A stretch of DNA of 64,000 nucleotides from an uncultured Spirochaetaceae bacterium. GTDB lineage: Bacteria > Spirochaetota > Spirochaetia > Sphaerochaetales > Sphaerochaetaceae. Of this stretch, positions 56,708 to 64,000 are shown in pieces. Numbering within the stretch: position 1 is the stretch's first letter; each line of letters opens with the position of its first letter. The stretch covers positions 113,177 through 177,176 of the forward strand of contig CALXOH010000006.1 of NCBI GenBank assembly GCA_944389975.1, in the 5' to 3' direction. Made by a program: the position numbers and the translations under genes. The notes below the pieces were generated by a model. That model ran no database searches. It had not been told where the DNA came from and saw nothing but the letters and a program-made list of their open reading frames with translations.

Positions 56708-56727
56708 TCACGTGGGAACACAGGCGA

Positions 56728-58182
56728 TCATCTTTTCCAGAAATCGCGCGTGAATATCGAATAGACGGTAAAGAGTTCGAGCCTTCCGACGAGCATCAGA
56801 AACGAGAAGACCCACTGGGCCCAGTCAGGGAAGACTGCAAAAGTGAAATCAGTACCTATTCCGCCAAGCCCGATTCCTATGTTCCCCAAGGTAAGCAGAA
56901 CCGAAGTGAGCGCGACCACCAGATCGACATCAGTCAAAGAGATTACGAGGGTGCCCACCAGTACGTTGGCGATATAAAATCCAACGAACCCGGCTATCGC
57001 CTCCCCTGTCGCCTCTGAAAAAGTGTTGTCTCCGAATTTGATCACAGTCGATGCATGCGGATGGATGCGGCGCGTCATAGAGTTTTTAAAAAGCCGCATC
57101 ATCACTCCGATCCTCACGACTTTGATCCCCCCTCCTGCGCTTCCGGCACATCCTCCGATGAAGCAAAGGATCAACAAAACACTTTGGGAGAACATCGGCC
57201 ATGATGAGTAGTTTACATTGGTAAAGCCCGTCGTAGTCAGGAAACTGACGACTTGGAACGCTGAATTCCTTACGCTCTCCTCAATTCCGTACACCCCTTT
57301 GAAAAAGAGGTTGAGCGCTATAAAAATGGTTGCAAAGAGGGTTATCTTGCAATAGAGTCTGAACTCTGCATCCTTTACAAGTTTTCTCAGCTGCCTTTGG
57401 AGCACCCTGTAGTAAAGTGCGAAATTCGCGCCCGAGAGGAACATGAAGATTATGCACACCCACTCCACGTACTTCGACTCGTAGAACGCTATCGAAGCAT
57501 CGTGCGGGACGTACCCTGCGGCACCCATGGTGCCGAACATCACGGTAAGCGCATCGAACCAATCGAGTCCGCCAAGCATCAGTAGAACCACCTCTATGAT
57601 TGAAAGGGCGAGGTATATCCCCCAGAGTACGATCGCAGTCTCCTTGATCTTCGGCCTCAGCTTGTCTTTCGTGGGTCCGACCGATTCTGCACCGTAAAGC
57701 GCCGTTCCCCTCACCCCGAGCGCTGGTAGGACTGCGACGAACAAAACCACTATGCCCATTCCTCCGAGCCAGTTGGTCATGTTACGCCAGAACAGGATAC
57801 CCCTGGGCTTCACATCGATTCCCGTCATCGCCGTCGCACCGGTTGTCGTGAAACCTGACATTATCTCGAAATAGCACTGCGAGAAGTTCTCCAATACGCC
57901 CGTGATGTACAGCGGGATTGCACCGAAGAAAGTCAGGATGACCCACGAAAGGGTCACGAAGAGGTAGCTGTCCTTCACGCTTACCCTCAATTCCCGGTTG
58001 TTCCTCGTAAGGTACATCCCCAATGCAGACAAAAAAAGCATAGGCATTATCGTCGCTGAGAATGCAAGAACCGATTCGGATTCGCCGTAATAGAATGCCA
58101 CTCCTGTCGGGACAAGAAGAATGCCCGCCATGAAAAGCGTGATGTAGCTTAAAAGCCTTCCTACAGACTTTGGATTCATCAA
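56728..58182 (-). CDS. trkH: Trk-type K+ uptake protein, membrane subunit
   Basis: 484-aa polytopic protein with repeated selectivity-filter-like motifs (SGFTTTGAT, TTTGFT, GGCAGSAGGGIKV). Confidence 0.9.
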   Translation of the reverse strand: MMNPKSVGRLLSYITLFMAGILLVPTGVAFYYGESESVLAFSATIMPMLFLSALGMYLTRNNRELRVSVKDSYLFVTLSWVILTFFGAIPLYITGVLENFSQCYFEIMSGFTTTGATAMTGIDVKPRGILFWRNMTNWLGGMGIVVLFVAVLPALGVRGTALYGAESVGPTKDKLRPKIKETAIVLWGIYLALSIIEVVLLMLGGLDWFDALTVMFGTMGAAGYVPHDASIAFYESKYVEWVCIIFMFLSGANFALYYRVLQRQLRKLVKDAEFRLYCKITLFATIFIALNLFFKGVYGIEESVRNSAFQVVSFLTTTGFTNVNYSSWPMFSQSVLLILCFIGGCAGSAGGGIKVVRIGVMMRLFKNSMTRRIHPHASTVIKFGDNTFSEATGEAIAGFVGFYIANVLVGTLVISLTDVDLVVALTSVLLTLGNIGIGLGGIGTDFTFAVFPDWAQWVFSFLMLVGRLELFTVYSIFTRDFWKR

Positions 58183-59561
58183 AGTCCTCCAAAAAGGCGT
58201 TTGACGTACTCGTAATCCTTATGGAGCGCTGCAACGAGTACAGTATCCCCTGACCTGAAGACGTAAGATCCGTCTGGGATGAAGTTCTCATTACCACGGC
58301 TCACCCCGCCGATGACCGCAGTTCCCTTGAAGTTTATCTCCTTCAAGCTCTTGTCGAGGTGCACGAACGTAGGTTTGATCACATACTCGTACACTTCGAT
58401 CTTGCCATCAAATATCGAATGGAGCGTACGTACGCTCTCTCCGCGGAGTATCTTCATGATGGCATCGACGGTCGCCTCGGTAGTCGAGACCGTTGCATCT
58501 ATCCCCATCGCCTTGGCAAGCGTTATGTAGTTGTTGTTCGTCTTTATCAAAGCGATCGTGCGCCTTGCACCCTGTGTCTTCGCATAGCTTGAGACGATGA
58601 CATTGAGTTCATCGTTTTCGGTCATGCTGGCAAAGAGATCGGAGTCTGCAATGCTCTCCTCCTCCCAAAAGTTCTCGTCCGTGATGGCACCGTTGAGTAT
58701 GAGGATATCGGGGAATATCTCGGCAAACTCCTTGCAGACGTCGCCGTCCTTCTCTACCAACGTGATGCTCTTATGCATCTCCCGCGGAAGCTTCAGCAAG
58801 AGGTATTTGCATATCCTCGTGCCTCCGACGAACACGATCCGTTTGAGGTTGAAATCAGTAAAGGATATCCCGAAATATGAGAAAACCTCAGCGCGCTCGT
58901 CATCGTCACATATCACTGCGATCTCATCCCCCTCCCGGATGACCGTGTTTCCCGTTGCAGTCGACACCTTGCCCTTGTGCTCCACTCCGGCAAGAAGATA
59001 GCGCCCGGGCATCTCCTGCTTGACCTGGATCAGGTTCTTGTTCACGAAAGCATCCCCTTTGAGCACTGTTTTCGTTGTGACTATGTAGTGCGCACCCGGG
59101 AAATACGCGACATCGCAGAAGAGGCCCGATGTGATTATGTCGTAGAGCCTTTGGCTTGCCTCCTGCTCCGGATTGACGATGTTGCTGATCCCCAGAAGGG
59201 AGACGGGGTTTCCGCTGTCGCTGAGGTACGTAAGGCCGCGTATCGTGGCTATCGTACGAACCGATGGAAACGATGCACTCACCAGTCCGCAACTGACGAG
59301 GTTCACTTCATCGCTGTCGGTAACCGAAACGACGATGCCTGCGTTCTCGCATCCCGCTTCCCTCAATTTCTCCATGTCAGTCGCCGATCCGGTGACAGCC
59401 ATGCAGTCGAGCTTGCTTTGGGCAAGGGATGCCCTTGCCGGGCTTGAGTCGAGGAACGTAACCGACTTGCCCTCTTCAATCAAATGTCTTGCAAGGCGGA
59501 GCCCTCTCCGTCCTGCGCCAAAGATTACAGCGTCCACGTGCCATACTATATCAATTCGCAT
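58179..59561 (-). CDS. trkA: Trk system K+ uptake protein, NAD-binding subunit
   Basis: 460 aa with two RCK/TrkA-N plus TrkA-C repeats (IFGAGRRG...; VFVGGTRI...). It overlaps trkH by 4 nt. Confidence 0.9.
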   Translation of the reverse strand: MRIDIVWHVDAVIFGAGRRGLRLARHLIEEGKSVTFLDSSPARASLAQSKLDCMAVTGSATDMEKLREAGCENAGIVVSVTDSDEVNLVSCGLVSASFPSVRTIATIRGLTYLSDSGNPVSLLGISNIVNPEQEASQRLYDIITSGLFCDVAYFPGAHYIVTTKTVLKGDAFVNKNLIQVKQEMPGRYLLAGVEHKGKVSTATGNTVIREGDEIAVICDDDERAEVFSYFGISFTDFNLKRIVFVGGTRICKYLLLKLPREMHKSITLVEKDGDVCKEFAEIFPDILILNGAITDENFWEEESIADSDLFASMTENDELNVIVSSYAKTQGARRTIALIKTNNNYITLAKAMGIDATVSTTEATVDAIMKILRGESVRTLHSIFDGKIEVYEYVIKPTFVHLDKSLKEINFKGTAVIGGVSRGNENFIPDGSYVFRSGDTVLVAALHKDYEYVKRLFGGL

Positions 59562-59638
59562 GAGAAAAAGCCAAGGGAAGATACGACAGATCGATCAAAA
59601 CGTCGAAAGCGAGGGGAGATGGTACAAATGCCTTTGGA

Positions 59639-60556
59639 GTGCTATCATCCCATCCGATGTACTACGACGGAAAGGAATTTCTAAAGCCATTCATCGAGTC
59701 TTTCGACAGAATGGGAAGGGAGAATGTTGGTAAGCGCGGGCTTGTTCTTCCGAATATGGAAGACATGGTCAGGCTGGAAAATGAGATCATGGCGCTGTTC
59801 TTCCCCGGGCTCTCGGGAGGAGAGGACAGCGACGAGTTGATCAGCACGATACATTACCACTACGACAATGTGGCAAAGCTTCTCCAGGATGCGATATTCC
59901 TGGCTCTTACTTACGAAGACAAAGGAAAAAGCAACAAGGAGAGCATCGAGAAGATGACAAAGGATGCTTTGGACAAGCTCTTCAAAGCGCTCCCCTCGAT
60001 AAGGTTTATGCTGAAACTCGATGCAAAAGCAGCCCTTGACGGAGACCCCGCTGCAAAAAACCTCCACGAAGTCATACTTTCATATCCTTCGATGAAAGCA
60101 CTCTCGATCCATCGCGTATCGCACTTCCTGTACGCATCGGGAATCCCGCTTATTCCGAGAATGCTCAATGAGATAATGCACAGGGAGACGGGGATAGACA
60201 TCCATCCCGGGGCAGAGATCGGGAAATCGTTCTTCATCGACCACGGAACGGGAACGGTAATCGGAGAGACGACGGTAATCGGGGACAACGTAAAACTCTA
60301 CCAAGGGGTTACCCTAGGTGCGCTCTCTTTCCCCAAGAACAGCTGCGGCAACCTGATAAAAGGGGCAAAGAGGCACCCGACGCTCGAGGATGGGGTGACT
60401 GTCTATGCAAACGCTACGATACTCGGGGACGTGAGGATCGGTAAAAATTCGATAATCGGCTCATCCGCATGGATCAGCGAAGACATCCCGAGGGACTCGC
60501 TGGTGTACAACAAGCGCGCGGAAGTGAAGATCAGACCGATAAGACGAGAGGATTGA
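59639..60556 (+). CDS. cysE: Serine O-acetyltransferase, long (EpsC-like) form
   Basis: It has SAT N-terminal helical-domain features (DPAAKNLHEVILSYPS, HRVSHFLY) and left-handed beta-helix hexapeptides (IHPGAEIGKSFFIDHGTGTVIGETTVIGDNVKLYQGVTLG). The start is uncertain (GTG 59639 or ATG 59657). Confidence 0.8.
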   Translation: MLSSHPMYYDGKEFLKPFIESFDRMGRENVGKRGLVLPNMEDMVRLENEIMALFFPGLSGGEDSDELISTIHYHYDNVAKLLQDAIFLALTYEDKGKSNKESIEKMTKDALDKLFKALPSIRFMLKLDAKAALDGDPAAKNLHEVILSYPSMKALSIHRVSHFLYASGIPLIPRMLNEIMHRETGIDIHPGAEIGKSFFIDHGTGTVIGETTVIGDNVKLYQGVTLGALSFPKNSCGNLIKGAKRHPTLEDGVTVYANATILGDVRIGKNSIIGSSAWISEDIPRDSLVYNKRAEVKIRPIRRED

Positions 60557-61808
60557 GTGACGTGAGGGTGCCTGAAACAAGCTCTCCCCTCTTCCTCTCA
60601 TCCTTTGAGTCTATGACGACCTTCAAATAGTTTCCGCTCGTGCCGTACATAACGCCGTCGCCCTTTCTCTCAACTATCGCTTCAACGCTCTTTCCCAGCC
60701 ACCTTGAAACGTACTTTTTGTAGTTCTCATCTGAAATCTTCCGAAGTATTCCAGCCCTTTCGTCCCGGACCCTCTCGGGTACCCTGTTCCTGTCGCCGTA
60801 TAGCTTCGTGCCCTCCCTCGGGGAATACGGGAATACATGCAGTGTAGAAATGTCGTACTTCCTGACGAAATCGACAGTCTCGGCGAAATCTTCATCGCTC
60901 TCCCCCGGCAGTCCTGCAATCACATCGGAAGCGATGAAAGGGTCGCCTTTTATCCTTCTGAGTACGTCGATGACGTACCTCAGATGGTCCATCGAGTAGT
61001 TCCTTCCGACGTACGAAAGAACCTTCTGGCTTGCACTTTGAAGCGGCAGATGGAAATGCGGGAATATCCGCTCATCCCCGATCAGCGAAAGGAGGCGGTC
61101 GTCTATTCCATCCGCTTCAAGTGAAGAAAACCTTATGCGCATGGAAGATGAAAGGGCAGACAAAAGCGCTTCAAGCAGAGTTGACAGCCCGCCGCCCGAG
61201 TGATCATAGTTCGAGAGATTCACACCGGTGAGCACTATCTCGTGAAAACCCATATCCTCAAGTTCCAATGCTCTCTTCACAGCTTCATCCACTGGAAGGA
61301 ATATGCTTTTTCCCCTTGCAATCGTCGTTTTACAATACCCGCACTCGTTGTCGCATCCGTCCTGGACTTTCAGGTACGCACGCGAATGGTAGGAAAACGT
61401 GTTCGAATCGAATGCAAAACGGGACGTGATGACCTTCGGGAAGGATCTTGCCTTTTCCAAAAGCTCCTCTTTACCGCACCCTTTAAGGAAGAGGGGGAGT
61501 GAAAGGATGTCACCTTTCTCATCAAGGGAGAATGAAACTATCTTGGAAGAAAGCCCATCCACCTCCTCTTCAGATACTTCGACATAGCACCCTGTAACTA
61601 TGATCAGGGATGCACTCTTTTCAAGCTTTCTTACAACGCGCCTTGCCTTCTGCTCGGCTTTGCTTGTCACCGTACACGTATTCACGACAACGATATCCGA
61701 TTCGTACAGTTCACCCTTTTCAAATCCATTCCTCAGGAACGAATCAAGGATCGATTCACTCTCGCTCTGGTTCAGGCGGCAACCCAGCGTATAGACAGCG
61801 ACTTTCAA
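60531..61808 (-). CDS. mtaB: Radical-SAM methylthiotransferase, MtaB-like
   Basis: It has the UPF0004 N-terminus (VYTLGCRLNQSESE), a radical-SAM CDNECGYC motif and a C-terminal TRAM-like region. Confidence 0.75.
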   Translation of the reverse strand: MKVAVYTLGCRLNQSESESILDSFLRNGFEKGELYESDIVVVNTCTVTSKAEQKARRVVRKLEKSASLIIVTGCYVEVSEEEVDGLSSKIVSFSLDEKGDILSLPLFLKGCGKEELLEKARSFPKVITSRFAFDSNTFSYHSRAYLKVQDGCDNECGYCKTTIARGKSIFLPVDEAVKRALELEDMGFHEIVLTGVNLSNYDHSGGGLSTLLEALLSALSSSMRIRFSSLEADGIDDRLLSLIGDERIFPHFHLPLQSASQKVLSYVGRNYSMDHLRYVIDVLRRIKGDPFIASDVIAGLPGESDEDFAETVDFVRKYDISTLHVFPYSPREGTKLYGDRNRVPERVRDERAGILRKISDENYKKYVSRWLGKSVEAIVERKGDGVMYGTSGNYLKVVIDSKDERKRGELVSGTLTSLNPLVLSV

Positions 61809-62539
61809 TATTCCTCCTTGCTTCTAAGCCTGTTGAGAACCTTCTCTATCGCGACTTGGAGCGATAGCCTCATCTCCTTTGCATACGGATTGAACCTCTG
61901 GAGGTCGTAAAACAGCTCGAGTGAGTCGTTGCACGTCTCTTCGACGATCCTCATGAGCATCTTGTAGCCGTTTGTAGCAATCTCCGTCGGCTCCATGTGC
62001 ATCTCTTCAAGCGTGCGTCCGACAAAGTGCGTCACACCCTGGGAGTATGCGGCTTCCTTGTCGTGGTCGTGCACCGACATCTCTATCGCCTTCAGCCCGA
62101 GCGATGATATGTACGATTTGATCTCCTCATACCTTTCGTCATCCTTCCCGTCGATCGGGGAAAACACAAACGGCAGTCCCTCGAGGCCTCCCCTTGCGCT
62201 GTCCGGGCCGAACATCGGGTGGGTTGCTATCTTGAAATTGTGGGGAAGGTTCTCCTTCATCCACTTGGCAGGGTATACCTTCACCGAGCAGGTATCGAGC
62301 ACCACGGTATCCTTTCCTATCATCGGGGCAAGTGACCTCAAAACGCTTTCAAATGAGGATATGCTCACGGCAAAAAAGAGGTAATCTGCTGAAAGAACCT
62401 CCTCCAGAGGCCTTATCGACACCCCGTCCGGAGGAGTGTGAACGCTTCTTGACACTGCGATCACCTCAGCTTCCCCCCTGCTCAATACCGATGAGAAAAA
62501 AGATCCGAACCTACCTAGTCCATACACGCCTATTTTCAT
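61805..62539 (-). CDS. tyrA: Prephenate dehydrogenase
   Basis: It has MKIGVYGLGRFGSFF (Rossmann) and THPMFGP. Confidence 0.8.
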   Translation of the reverse strand: MKIGVYGLGRFGSFFSSVLSRGEAEVIAVSRSVHTPPDGVSIRPLEEVLSADYLFFAVSISSFESVLRSLAPMIGKDTVVLDTCSVKVYPAKWMKENLPHNFKIATHPMFGPDSARGGLEGLPFVFSPIDGKDDERYEEIKSYISSLGLKAIEMSVHDHDKEAAYSQGVTHFVGRTLEEMHMEPTEIATNGYKMLMRIVEETCNDSLELFYDLQRFNPYAKEMRLSLQVAIEKVLNRLRSKEEY

Positions 62540-62643
62540 AGAAATCCATTATCCATGTTTTCATCCCTATGACAATAATTGGCCTTTAAAAAACATAGGT
62601 TGGAGACTATACTTTGAGAAAACTGGAAAAGGAGATACGTCAA

Positions 62644-63651
62644 ATGAGTGTTTTCAGTGATAAAATGAAAGCCCTTGCAAAGAGCGCAGGCAAGACCCTG
62701 GTTCTTGCAGAAGGCATGGAAGAGAGGACTGTAAGGGCTGCACGCATGATAACCGACGAAGGGATTGCAAAAAAGGTGATCCTCGTCGGAAAGAAGGATG
62801 CTGTAGTCGAAAATGCGAAGAAATTCGGTGTTGATCTTGATGGAATTGAGATTTCAGACCCGACCGATTCATCACACTTCGAGGAATTCGCGAACGAATA
62901 CTACAACCTCAGGAAGCACAAGGGTATGACGATCGAGCAGGCGAGAGTCGACATCGTCGACCAGCTCAGGTGGGGTGCAATGCTCGTGCACACCGGATAT
63001 GCCGATGCGATGGTTGCTGGTGCAGAGAGCACTACCGCAAACGTTCTGAGGGCTGCATTCAACATCATCAAGTGCCGCCCCGGCATCAAGAGCGCTTCAA
63101 GCTGCTTTGTCATGGCAACAGACAAGACCGAGTACGGAGTAAACGGCTCGTTCATCTTCGCAGACTGCGCCACCATCCCGAACCCGACTGCAGAACAGCT
63201 TGCAGAGATCGCAGAAGCAAGTGCAGAAAGCTGCAGGACGTTCCTCGGCGCAGAGCCTGTAGTGGCACTCCTTTCGTATTCGACAAAGGGATCTGCAAAG
63301 GGAGAACTGGTCGACAAGGTCATAGAAGCTACGAAGCTCGTGAAGGAGAAGTGCCCGGATCTCAAGGTCGACGGAGAGTTGCAACTTGACGCATCGATAG
63401 TAGGAAAGGTAGCGGCACAGAAAGCTCCGGGCTCGGATGTCGCTGGAAAAGCGAACGTACTCGTATTCCCAGACCTTCAGGCTGGAAACATCGGATACAA
63501 GCTCGTACAGCGCCTTGCGGGGGCTGAAGCATACGGCCCGATCCTCCAAGGTTTTGCAAAGCCCGTTTCCGACCTCTCAAGGGGTTGTTCTGCCGAAGAT
63601 ATCGTAGTGACAAGCGCGATCACGCTCGCACAGTCGTCAATGACGAAATAA
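62644..63651 (+). CDS. pta: Phosphate acetyltransferase
   Basis: It has [39 protein letters not shown] and SRGCS. The start was trimmed to ATG 62644, after GGAGA. Confidence 0.9.
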   Translation: MSVFSDKMKALAKSAGKTLVLAEGMEERTVRAARMITDEGIAKKVILVGKKDAVVENAKKFGVDLDGIEISDPTDSSHFEEFANEYYNLRKHKGMTIEQARVDIVDQLRWGAMLVHTGYADAMVAGAESTTANVLRAAFNIIKCRPGIKSASSCFVMATDKTEYGVNGSFIFADCATIPNPTAEQLAEIAEASAESCRTFLGAEPVVALLSYSTKGSAKGELVDKVIEATKLVKEKCPDLKVDGELQLDASIVGKVAAQKAPGSDVAGKANVLVFPDLQAGNIGYKLVQRLAGAEAYGPILQGFAKPVSDLSRGCSAEDIVVTSAITLAQSSMTK

Positions 63652-63663
63652 ATCGTACTTCAA

Positions 63664-63689
63664 AGGCCTCCTTCGGGAGGCTTTTTTTC
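63664..63689 (+). terminator. Rho-independent terminator after pta
   Basis: AGGCCTCC-TTCG-GGAGGCT followed by TTTTTTC. Confidence 0.75.
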
Positions 63690-63710
63690 AAAAATGGAGA
63701 TTTTTCGCCG

Positions 63711-64000
63711 GTGAGTGTAAGAGAAGAACTAGAGACATTGTTCGACAAGCGGAACAACCTTGACGAAGAGGGCAAGGACATCGTAGGGATCATGCTTGAA
63801 ATCGATGAGATCGAAGACAAGATCCTCGACATAGTTATAAACGATACCGAAGTGGCGCTGAAGGTATTCAAGGACGCGAAAGATGGCGGGAACGAATATA
63901 TAATCAGCGAAATGGTATGGCCCCTGGTGATGTGTGACAAAAGCGAAATCGACGCATTCCTCCTTGAAACGTTCTCCGGAAAGGAGGAGATGGAGGACAT
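63711..64000 (+). CDS. Hypothetical acidic protein, 5' part (runs off the window end)
   Basis: It is not in the ORF track because no stop lies inside the window. GTG 63711 is 10 nt after GGAGA. My translation is MSVREELETLFDKRNNLDEEGKDIVGIMLEIDEIEDKILD..., open to nt 64000. Confidence 0.55.
   Translation, partial: MSVREELETLFDKRNNLDEEGKDIVGIMLEIDEIEDKILDIVINDTEVALKVFKDAKDGGNEYIISEMVWPLVMCDKSEIDAFLLETFSGKEEMED

Noticed and set aside
56521-56727. Possible riboswitch, SRP RNA or RNase P RNA
   Set aside because: Short stretches recall known RNA motifs. CCUGAUCUUGCCGGCG resembles the TPP P4-P5 region. CAGGCCUCCGGAGGAAAACC resembles SRP domain IV. GAGGAAAGCACCGGGG resembles RNase P P4. In each case the obligatory flanking elements are missing: CUGAGA plus the pyrimidine-sensor helix, the GGAA tetraloop with its symmetric loop, and the rest of the P4 pseudoknot. 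The resemblance is not supportable.
63620-64000. 126-aa minus-strand ORF at the window end
   Set aside because: It is a Ser/Ile-rich low-complexity translation and is exactly antisense to a better plus-strand ORF. That plus-strand ORF has GTG 63711 with a GGAGA RBS and follows the pta terminator. I treated the minus ORF as an antisense shadow.

Overview
This is a chromosomal window of about 60 protein-coding genes, most on the minus strand. I found no rRNA, tRNA, CRISPR array, transposase or integrase. Gene content (a long MglB-type binding protein, many lipobox proteins, many sugar ABC systems) resembles a saccharolytic spirochaete such as Sphaerochaeta or Treponema, but I cannot verify taxonomy here.

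Layout:
1. 1-3.8 kb: two tandem acyl-CoA ligase paralogues and an MtaD-like deaminase.
2. 3.9-10.65 kb: an accessory island that looks more AT-rich by eye (not computed). It holds a frameshifted AlbA_2/Schlafen-type regulator, a frameshifted GNAT, a decayed MazE/AbrB-like antitoxin relic, an ADP-ribosylglycohydrolase, a PD-(D/E)XK nuclease and a DUF234-type AAA ATPase.
3. 10.7-25.07 kb: one long minus-strand catabolic operon. It runs from a LacI regulator through an Opp/Dpp-type ABC transporter, an enolase-superfamily enzyme, two RraA-like proteins and three dehydrogenases to KdgK and an Eda-VOC fusion. A sigma70-like promoter and a candidate operator lie upstream.
4. 25.5-28.2 kb: cupin, HxlR, nitroreductase, a decayed DUF1703-type gene and a lipoprotein.
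5. 28.3-35.4 kb: mglBAC-like and polar amino-acid ABC transporters.
6. 35.5-39.6 kb: gltX-glyQS-tyrS.
7. 39.7-43.3 kb: the most unusual locus. An ABC-type AAA ATPase and an RloB/Toprim-like gene (AbiL-like pair) are translationally coupled to an 8-TM LuxR-type regulator and an alpha/beta hydrolase.
8. 43.6-48.4 kb: rplU-rpmA-obg-nadD-yqeK-rsfS with two inserted lipoprotein genes.
9. 48.5-51.8 kb: tetR, argS, birA.
10. 51.9-56.7 kb: DUF1537 kinase with GntR, 2HCT transporter with Ldh_2, and a possible Ldh_2 gene fragment.
11. 56.7-64 kb: trkH-trkA, a cysE-like gene, mtaB, tyrA, pta and a partial ORF.

All family calls rest on motifs I recognised by eye in the supplied translations. No database search was run.
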